Shown here: piece by piece, positions 53,280-64,000 of the stretch | Layout of the letters: every line of letters begins with the position of its first letter | Position numbering within the stretch: the stretch's first letter is position 1 | Assembly (NCBI RefSeq): GCF_009914755.1 | Contig: NC_060931.1 | DNA from: the human T2T-CHM13v2.0 reference genome, Homo sapiens | Length of the DNA: 64,000 nucleotides | Reading direction: 5' to 3' (one strand) | The notes under the pieces: generated by a model | What the model was told of the DNA's origin: nothing | What the model saw: the letters and a program-made list of their open reading frames with translations, nothing else | The model's database searches: none | Made by a program: the position numbers and the translations under genes

Positions 53280-55685
53280 CTAAATTTATATTAAAAATTT
53301 AAAAGCTAAAAATAGGATCACCTTAAAATAGGACAAATTTGAATACCAACATTTATTTTAACTAAATGATAATTGGCACAATGACAGACAAATAATCTAA
53401 TGACAGACAAATAGTCTAATAGACTACAGGAATAGGTGTACACATGTACAATGACTGTTAATTTATAATAAAGATGTAGCTGCAAATAGTAAGACAAGAG
53501 TGGTTTTTCTCAGTGAATAATGCTGGGTCTAATGTACATACAAAAACAGAGGAAAATCATCAATCAGTACTTGACACCCTAGATAAATTTCAATTCCAGG
53601 TTAATTCTGTGTCTAAATATAAATGATAAATAATAAGGCTTCTTAAAGGTAATAACATAATTTTTAATGAAAGATTATAATATAGGACATAAACAGTACT
53701 AACAAAAATATTAGTAATGCTTTCATTAAAATTAAGAATTCTAATTTATCAAAAGACACTATTATTAAGAGAGGGAAAAGTCAAATCTTTGAGTAGGTGA
53801 ATATATTTGTAATATATATAATGTTTAAAAGTTTCATGTTCAATATACATAAAGATCTCCTCCAAACGAATAAAAATGAGACAGATGGTCCAATAGAAAA
53901 ATATATGAGAGAACTGAGCAAGCTCTTCACACAAGAGGATCTCCAAATGGCCAATAAATATATTAGAAGGTGCTCAGCCTCATTCCACAACAAATAAATG
54001 AAATCTTATTACAACAGCCTGCAATCAACCATAATGACTGAAATTAAAAATACGAATAATACCAAGTGCTCGCAGTGATGTAGAACAATCCTATTTCTGA
54101 TGAGACAATAAATTGTTAACTCTTTTTTGAAAACTACTACACAGTGTCTTCTAAAGCTTAACACACATACACTCTATAACCTAAGGATTCCATTCCAAAG
54201 TATATTCCCAACAAACGTGTACATATGTGCACCAAAGGACATGCACAAAAATGTCAGAGAAGCATTATTTTTTCTACATTTTTATTGTGGTGAAATAACA
54301 TAGCATTAAATTTACCATGATAACCATTTTTAAATGTATAATTAAAAGTAGGAGCTATATTTACATTGTTGAACAACTGATCTCTAGAAATTTTTCATCT
54401 GAAACTCTATACGTAACACTAACTTCCTCTCTTCCATATGTCCCTCCCCCAGCCTTGGCAACTACCTTTCTGCTTTCTATTTCTATGCTTTTGACTAATT
54501 CAAATACTTTGTAGGAGTAGAACCATATAGTATTTGTCATTTTGTGACTAGCTTAATTTGCTTAGCATAATGTGCTTAAGTTTGGTCCTGTTGTGGCATG
54601 TGATAGGATTTCTTTTCTTTAGAAGGCCAAATAATCTATTGTGTGAATATATCACATTTTCTTTGTCTATTCATCTGTTGATGGACATTTGATTTCCTTC
54701 CACCTCTTGCCCATTGTAAATAATGACTCTATGAATATGGGTGTGCAATTATATCTTGGAGATCCTGCTTTGAATTCTTTTGGTAAATACCCAGAAGTGG
54801 TATTGCCAGATCGCATGGAATTTCTATACTATTTTTTATAGTGACAAAACCATTTTCCATTCCCACCAATAGTGCACAAGGGTTTCAACTTCTCCACATG
54901 CTTGCCAACACTTATTTTCTTTTTTGTTGTTGTTGATAGCGGCCATCCTGATAGATGTGACATTATAATCTCATTGTTGTTTTGATTTGTGTTTCTCCCA
55001 CCATTAGTAATGTTAAACATCTTTATGTTTATTAACTATTTGTATATCTTTTGGATATTGCCTATTCACATTCTTTGCTCATTTTTAATCAACTTTACTT
55101 CTGTTGTTCCTGAGTTGCAGAAGTTCCTTATAAATTCTGGATACTAATCTGTTATCAGATATGATTAGCAAATATTTTTTCTTTGCAGGTTGCCTTTTTA
55201 CTCTGTTGACTGTTTCTTTTGATGTACAGAAGTTTTTGAGTTTGATATGTTCTTGTTTGTCTATGTTTGCTAAGAGCAGCATTATTTTCACTAGCCCCAA
55301 AGTGAAAACCTCCAAAATAACAAGAAATATGAAATAACTGCTGGTAAATCAGTAGCATAAATCAATTCTGCAAACATATATTGAGTGAAAGAAACCAGAC
55401 AAAAATGTATATTTATGCTTCATTGATTTAAAGTTCCAAAGTAGGAAAAATTAATCATGGCTATTATAATTCACAGAGAAAATACCTTTGGTGATAAAGG
55501 AAGGGTCGCTATTATAAAAGAGCATGAGAGAGGCTTCTGGTGTGGTTGCAATACTAGCTATTTTTCTTGAATTTGGTGCTAATCATCTTTGTATACTTAT
55601 TTTGTGATAACTATTTGAACTCTGCACATATGAATTGAACATATTCTGTGTATATGATACTGTTCACTGAAAAATATGAAAAATA
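53280..55685 (+). mobile_element. Old L1ME-type ORF2 end/3'UTR, split by an L1MA insertion
   Basis: TTCATTAAAATTAAGAATTC...TTCACACAAGAGGATCTCCAAATGGCCAATAAATAT; sequence resumes after 55272. Confidence 0.75.
54272..55272 (-). mobile_element. L1MA9-like 3' fragment
   Basis: TTTATTGTGGTGAAATAACATAGCATTAAATTTACCAT...GATCTCTAGAAATTTTTCATCT; TSD AGAG(A/C)AGCATTATTTT at 54256-54271 and 55273-55288. Confidence 0.85.
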
Positions 55686-57399
55686 AAGCTTATCAAGGAA
55701 TGAAAAGTTGAGTAATATAGCCCATAGCCTGCTCATAAACTCTGAAGCTCTAGTCCTTTCCTTGTTTTATACAATTTTCAATTCAGACAAACTTTGATTT
55801 CTCTGTATCTATTTTTACAACCACACCTTAAAAAAATTAATCCTATTGCTGATATCTACTACCATCAGCCAAGTCATGGTATCACAGATATTTGTAGCAC
55901 ATTGAAGAAAGAAAAATTTTAAGCATTCCTGGAAAACGTTTTGTTTAGCTGCATTTACGTCACTTGGAGAATATAATAATTTCTTTACTCAATTACCTAC
56001 ACAGATAATTTAAGGCTTAGAATGCAATTAAATCAGCTTGCTAGACATTTAACCACAGGAATACAATATACCTGGAGATTTAAAAGTGAGTTGAGAGCCT
56101 TCTTTGCAGCCTTATTTCTAAAAGCTTCATTAATTTTAAGCCTCATTCTGGTGAGTTTGGCTATCTAGTTTATATTGGGAAAGTAGATGAAGGAAATAAC
56201 TTTTATTTACTCTGATCCATCTATATCTGAAATGGAATTATGATAATATTATTTAGTATTTTTTATATTAAGCACCTGGAAATGATTTCTCTGAAGCAGT
56301 ACCCAGGCAAAAATCAAGCAGATGATATTTTTTAGAAATGTTCTATCTCAAATAACCCAAATGAACATAAGTTTATTTAAGGAGCCTAAAGACAACATTT
56401 AGGTCATCACAAATATATGAATAAACTATGAACACCTAAAGCAACTATTTCTAAGTAAAATAAGTTATATATGGGTATAAATACTAATGATATGAATGGA
56501 GATTTTAAATTTTACTTTGATGAGTTCAAAGTAAATGGTACTATTCAACTTCTTTCAATTGTTCATGTTTGCTTCTATAGGTGATATTTATATTTGCTAT
56601 TTTTGTGGCAAGTATTAGAAATAATTATGAACTTAATATAGTTTGTACAGTCCCATATTGTGTTGCCTCATATTTCACTCGAGCTCATTTCACCTGCTAA
56701 TACATGCTTTATATTTTTCTACATTTCTATGTTTTTTACTGCAAAAATAACATTTTTGAACAGATAAATATAATGACATACAATCAAGGTAGTGTTTAAC
56801 AACCCATATGTTGATGCTGTATTAGAAACATCTTTTTTTAGAAGTGAGAAGCAATATAATTTTCTTAATAAAAAGTTACAACTGGCTGGATAGGTATCAT
56901 TGTAAATGTCTGAGGATATGGTATTTAACAAATTCTTGAATATAGCATTTAAGAATTTTATTAAATAACATGTATGTTGGTATTGGTATGTGATACACTT
57001 TTAAATAAAATATACCTAGATTATTGTGTAAAATCATTTTTTATGAGGTCTTAGGACTGTAAATGCATTTAATGATGCTACACTCTATTATTTTACTGAA
57101 ATAACAGATTTTTAAAACTCATTCATCTATCATATTGCCAACTGTAAAGTACTTGAAAGACAATGACTAAGACAAAGTAAGATATATATCAAAGGCAAAT
57201 TCAATCAGTCTCCTCCGACTGCAATGCTAATAATATAGCTTTAGATCAGTGTTTGATTATCTTAGTAAGATTATGGATAGGCTCTGTGACTTTAACGTAC
57301 TCCTCATATTACCTGGAGGGATTTTAATTATTGCATAGGTTAAAATATAATTTTCAAAAGCAGCAAAATCAAGTCCTTCAGGCAAATATAAAATAAACG

Positions 57400-57820
57400 T
57401 GTCAAATATTTTATTTAACTCATTTATTAGTAAAGAAACCTGTAAGATGTTACGACTGGTTCAAAGAACACTTAAGAAGTTAGATTATTTGTAGTCAATT
57501 TATCAAAGAAAATTTAGTATAAGATTGCTGAGTTGGATATAAAACTCTTTAATTTTCAGTAGTTTATGAATTTTGGGGGTTATCTGTCCTAGCAGACAAA
57601 TTGTTTCCACGTTTATTGGACAAATTCTGCAAATTAACAAGTAAATAAATCTGTGACCTTTAACAGTAAAATGAACCAGGTACATTCTCCTGGACAATCC
57701 TTGTGTAGCTTTTACCTCTATATAAAACTGAAAGGATGCGTGATCCATATTATTTTCCTTATTATTAAGTTTTGGACGTTTTTTTCTTTTATAAAATAGA
57801 TATGCAACTTATCTTCATAC
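57400..57820. mobile_element. ERV1-class solo LTR (LTR37-like), tentative
   Basis: Begins TGTCAAATATTTTATTTAACTCATTTATTAG...GTAAGATGTTACGACTGGTTCAAAG, resembling recalled consensus; end point uncertain. Confidence 0.45.
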
Positions 57821-59099
57821 AATATAGAATTTAAAATTGACAAATAGAGTTTTCCTCACTTAAGACTATTTGGGCAGAAGGGGTAAAATTATTCCCTAAT
57901 TCAAGGGCCAGGCTACCGGTTATTAAATACCAAGAAGGAAGAGATGTAGTTTTAAGAGGTGCAGAGAACTGTGGGCATTTATACTTCAAGTGATGCGATG
58001 AAATTGACTGTAACTAATAGAGTGTGAAATAGTCTCCCAAAGAACATAATGAAGTCCTAAAGAAAACAGTTGAAAGCAGGAGTGGATGGAGGCCTTGAAA
58101 ATACAAGCAAAGAAAATCGCTGCATTCGAAGTTGATTTTTAAGTTGTTAGAAAGTGTTGCTGCATCTAATTTTGTTATTTTTATTCATGACTGGCCATGT
58201 GTCATCTTAGTGCTGATTTTCCTAATTTATATGTACTCCAGAAAACAAAATGGAATCAAAGAATCCATTGCTTATTGGATTCTGTAAATACCAAAAAATT
58301 ACAGCAAATATTTGCTACTTAGATAGAGTGTTGTCTGGAGACATGCATTATGGGGAAAGTTGCTAAGCTGATTTCTTTAACTGATCTCAGCACTGATTTG
58401 GGGCATAATTGATATTTTAGTCATGTGTCTTGTTAAACATGCTAGATGGCATAATAGTCTTGTGCTGCAGACAATTACTCCTGAGGGTCTTTACTAAGAA
58501 CCTAAACTACTTCAGAAACCAACAGAATTAGATATAAATGAGTTTCTGTTATAAACAATATATCTTATGTTAATGGAAATAAACTCAGCACATTTTAATA
58601 AATATAGTGATAATAAATAGCAAGACATTCCTAGGAGCTTAAATAAAAAACAGTAAATTTTATATTAGAGGTAGACTTATTTATATTTATGATTAGCATT
58701 TCAGCAATATTTCCCTAAAAATGATTTCTGTCATACATCAGTGTTTTTTAAAAAATAAATTTCATCATCAAGCTATTTTTTCATCTTAAAATCTATTTTT
58801 TTGTATTATACTTGTTTATCTCCCAAGCATGCATTTAATGTATATTAGCTACAATTTTTTAGAACTATTTAAAACATGAATAGTTGAAGGTGAATAAATC
58901 ATTAATTGTATTAATGTTTCTGTGGTCAGTAAATTTCCCCAGTTTATATTTAATTCTATTGGACCAGTGATGTTGCAATTCTGTAGTAACTTCAAGAACG
59001 TTGGTCTTGTTTCCATGTTTGATTTAGCAATTAAGCTTAACTTGATTAATATGACTATATATGTGTAGTCTTTTAAATTTATGTGGGATTGAAGTGCAT

Positions 59100-60030
59100 T
59101 TTTTGGAAGTTGAGTTTTGTATTTACTTCTTATTTTATATAACTATTACTCTTTATAATAATGGTGATAGTCTTGCTCATAAAATTTTAATCCTTGGCAT
59201 CTGAAAGCAAACATACTTTGTAATTATTTTAAAAGGCCCTTCTAACATTATAACACAAAGGCCTGTGCCTATAAGCAGTGCTCCACTGTGCAGTATAACA
59301 TTAAGGCTAATTTTGAATACAAAGCGTTATGAGTGGAGTCATGAACCACTGGATTTAATACACATCATTTTATAATTTTTTTGGCAACTTTTTTGTTTCG
59401 AGAATCCTCTGTTTCCTCGGGGTGCTCAGCAGCTTGGAGTCCTGCAACAGATTCTTCTTTTCCTGAATAAGTCATTTTCAGAGTCATCTGGATTTTTAGA
59501 ATCAGATGAATCCTCACATTATCATAATCATCATCTTCATCATCATCATCATCTTCATCATGGTCAGCAGCAGCAGCCTCTCCAGCTACATCACCTTCTT
59601 CATCATGATGTACTTCACTAAAGCCAAGTTCACAGTGTCATCTGTCCCTTCCTGAAAATTGACTATTGACACCTGGCTGATATTGAAACTCCAGTTCCTC
59701 ATCAATTTTCTTGTCTTCTTCCCCTTTTCAGAAGTAAGATATTGATTTTTGATCTCCTGTAACAAGACGGCCAGTTTGTTCTTTCTTTTCTACACCCATG
59801 TCTAAAGAATGTTTACTTTCTTTCTTCATTACCTAAGTTTGCTAATTACAAATTGCTAGGTCCAAGATTGTTGTCTGTGAAGACTGAACACTTCACCCTG
59901 TGAGGATAGGACTCCCATGGTGGTGCTCATCATTTTGGGATCTGGAAGGAAAACGCTAAACCTACTTGTGGTTCTTAGCAGTGTTGCCAGCAGCCTGCCA
60001 TCTGCCAGGGCTGAAGTAGCCCACTCGAGA
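59100..60030 (-). pseudogene. Processed pseudogene of C11orf58 (small acidic protein, SMAP); CDS-equivalent 59930-59339
   Basis: Minus-strand translation: ...[52 protein letters not shown]...*HCELGFSEV...EGDVAG...acidic run...LQAAEHP...NYKMMCIKSSGS*, colinear with recalled SMAP (LGNEERKQKFLRLMG...NYKMMFVKSSGS); no introns; several stops and frameshifts; UTR-like flanks. Confidence 0.93.
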
Positions 60031-60828
60031 ATGCTCTTCACAATTCATTCATTTTTAAGGGGTTATAAAAAAAAATCATGTAAAGGAAAAGGAAACACTT
60101 CTGTTAGGGGCAAACTCTCTAATTTAATAATAATATTAATTAGTCAAGGCATATGAAAGCATTGTTTAGAAATATTTTACCATATAAGAAGGATCAACCA
60201 TAAAAAATATTTCTTCTCTTATAAAAAGGATGTTATTTAAATATATAGCTATAATTTCATAATTTTGCATTCAATTGTGATGCAGATATTTATATTTCAT
60301 TAGTCTACACTAACAGACATTTTATACATGTTCATTTTTTATTAAAGTATGAAATACAATGTTAAACGTATGAAACACATAGGTGTTTTATTCACATTTA
60401 AATGTTTTTCTATTTTAGCATACTTTTAACTTACTACAGGTAATTAATCATAAAATATAGCTAAGCAGTTTCCAAAATTTGTAATTATCACTAGAGGACA
60501 TATGACTAATTTGAGATGACTCACCAGAGAGATGAATAAATTAAGTCTGTCATAATGTTATATATCTATTAAAATGTTTTTAAAAATTCACTGCATACAC
60601 ATTTTAACTAATTTTCAATTATTAATAATAGCCATTAAAATGTTAAAAAGTTTATAAATATCTAAGGGACCTCATTTAAGTTATAAATTAATTGTGAAAG
60701 ATTGTCTTAAAAAAATGAATGTAATGAAAGTAGCCTCTGAATTGTAATACTTAAAATAAGACATTGGAATAGCCAATTATTTTTATATCTATTTGCAAAT
60801 TAAAAGTTATAATGCAAAAACAAATCTG

Positions 60829-61111
60829 GGTTGGGTACAGTGGCTCACGCCTGTAATTCTAGCACTTTGGGAGGCTGAGGTGGGCAGATCACGAGGTCAG
60901 GAATTTGAGACCAGCCTGGCCAATATGGTGAAACTCCATCTCTACTAAAAATATAAAAAATCAGCCAGGTGTGGTGGTGCACATCTGTAGTCCCAGCTAC
61001 TCGGGAGGCTGAAGCAGGAGAATTGCTTGAACCCAGGAGGCAAATGTTGCAGGAGTTGAGATCATGCCACTGCACTCCAGCCTGGGCGACAGAGCAAGAC
61101 TCTGTTTCAAA

Positions 61112-61147
<36 letters not shown>
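60829..61147 (+). mobile_element. AluSg-like with (AAT)12 tail
   Basis: GATCACGAGGTCAGGA...GGCCAATATGGTGAAAC; tail converted to (AAT)n at 61112-61147. Confidence 0.95.
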
Positions 61148-62037
61148 CTGTCAAATAATTATCAAGCAGATTCTAATGGTTGGGGATGATGTTAAAATCA
61201 GAGCTTCACTAGAAAATTATATAAAGCAGACACTCCTTTCTAGGAACAATTGTATTAGTTATAGGTCTGTACTTCATGGGTGGCCATCATTAATTAATAA
61301 CTGAAGACATGCTATTTGAAAATTGATTTTACTATAACAGAGAATGAGAATGGTTTTTTTTAATTAATATTTTTTCTGTAATGAGAACATTCTATGTGTT
61401 TCAACATTGGTGAAATAGTCCAGTGTGATTAAGGATACAACTATTGTCTATGATTGATTTTGTATGTAGGGTTTCAAAATGGAATTCAGAAAACACAGTC
61501 ATTTTATAAACATTTACCTAGCATCTAACATGTGCACTGTATAGCGCTCTGTACCACAAGAACTAAAAATAAATACAAGGTTTTATCTTTATATAAAATG
61601 TATTCAGCACATGTATAAATGAAACAGCTAGAAGTTCTATACAAACGATAAAATAAGTAGATTCATAATGTATTATTAGAATAAAATTGTGAATGTGTAG
61701 TTTGAGAATAAAGTTATATTTAATCATATTCTCTGATTATCCATGTTTTTAAAAGATTTAACAATCTTCTGAATATCTTGGTATTATAGGATGTATCAAT
61801 CTACGGCACACAGATATTTACATTTAAAAGGGTGAAGCTGTTATAATTTTTATCGGCCTAGATGTCATCTTGGTGCATTAAGCCTCAGCATGCTAAAGTT
61901 TTAATTCTGAGGATTAGTACCACCAATGAATGTGCCTGAAAGCATTTGTATTTCCTTAACCTGAAGAAAATAAAGTTTCTTTTAACTTCCAAGAAATTTC
62001 AGACTCTTCAAAGAAGGAGGATTCACGATTAAAAAAA

Positions 62038-62086
62038 GGAGGGGAGGGGGGAATTATTTTAAAAAGGGGGGAGGGGGAGGGGGGAA
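62038..62086 (+). other. G-run cluster (potential G-quadruplex)
   Basis: Five runs of 4-6 G within ~45 bp. Confidence 0.6.
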
Positions 62087-62128
62087 GTTCTGTAATGAAA
62101 GGAGATCAACTTAAAATTGCACAAGACC

Positions 62129-63075
<947 letters not shown>

Positions 63076-64000
63076 GACATGCTCTCTCTCTTTTGCTATA
63101 ATCCCATTCCACTAACTGTGGAAGGGAAGGTGCAAAATGTTTGTCCTTAGAGATAAAGAAAAGAAAGGAAGGGAAGAAGGAAGGAAATACTCGGCAGGAG
63201 AAAAAATAGCTCTTACTTCTGTTAGCTTTACTACTTTTCTTACAGATCAAGTTCAATAAATCAGATCTTTTGTTGAGTCAGGCTGAGCACTGTAAAATAT
63301 TTTTTATTTAGTGGTACTTTTGGAGCCAAATTATTTCTTCATTCTGAATTTTTAATATTAATATTCTGAACATTAATAAATAATTTGCCTTTATTTAGCA
63401 GCAACAAGTTAGCTCTAGAGGAAAAAAATCAGAACAGTGGCTGAATCTGCTTCATTTTTAAATGTGAATCAACAAATTTAAATATTCACAAATAAAGCTT
63501 TTAGAAATAACTTTTACAGACAAACACAGTGTGTGACTATTAAAGTAAATGCTATAGGACTGACAGAAGTGGAGGTCAACAGACTCAGAAAGAGTTAGGG
63601 TATGCCTTCAGAATGAGGTGGGACCAGGAATCTTTGGTTATGTTAACTAGTAATGAATCTCAGAAATTTTGTGACCCTCATTCTCCATAAAACAGATCAA
63701 ACCAGCTAAATTATTTTTTTCATTCTCTAATCTGCTAATATGGCGTACTTATTTTTAAAATAGATAATATTAGCAGCACATCCCGATAAAGAGAAATATA
63801 TGTTAGTTTTTTTTCCCTACTTGTGCTTCTCCTACCAGGACCTTTTTCTCTACATATGGATTTATGCCCTGAGATGAATGCAGATGTATGCAACATTGGG
63901 CACTTGTTTTTATCCTGGGTTCCTACGCACAGGCAACAAAGTTCCTTCAATTTCATTGTGAATATTAATTTAAAGATGGAGGATCTAGTGTCCTGGATCA

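Noticed and set aside
59856-60156. 61-aa and 79-aa ORFs over the pseudogene 5' end
   Set aside because: The minus ORF shares only the first few SMAP-like codons before a frameshift; the plus ORF is antisense with no coding features

Overview
AT-rich, repeat-dense primate genomic DNA (AluY and L1PA4 present, so probably human or great ape), intronic or intergenic. I found no intact protein-coding gene; the listed ORFs are repeat-derived or chance. Main content: Alus; L1 fragments from L1PA4 to L1ME; a near-complete Tigger1 interrupted by an L1PA4 and a full-length THE1C MaLR provirus; a Tigger3b with nested Alu and THE1C LTR; a full-length MLT1A element inside an L2; several MST/MLT solo LTRs; a MADE1 (miR-548-type hairpin); and a decayed processed pseudogene of C11orf58/SMAP (minus strand, ~59.1-60.0 kb). 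The most notable structures read from the sequence are: (i) a templated insertion at 50.6-50.7 kb copied from a donor 2.7 kb downstream and flanked by a 37-bp duplication; (ii) a TSD-flanked L1PA7-like element keeping its CpG-rich 5'UTR fused to distal ORF2, with its antisense promoter facing a candidate exon; (iii) two divergent THE1C LTRs with intact DUX4 motifs. I cannot establish a new biological system here; these are testable candidates. Repeat subfamily names come from recalled consensus sequences, and old-repeat boundaries are approximate.
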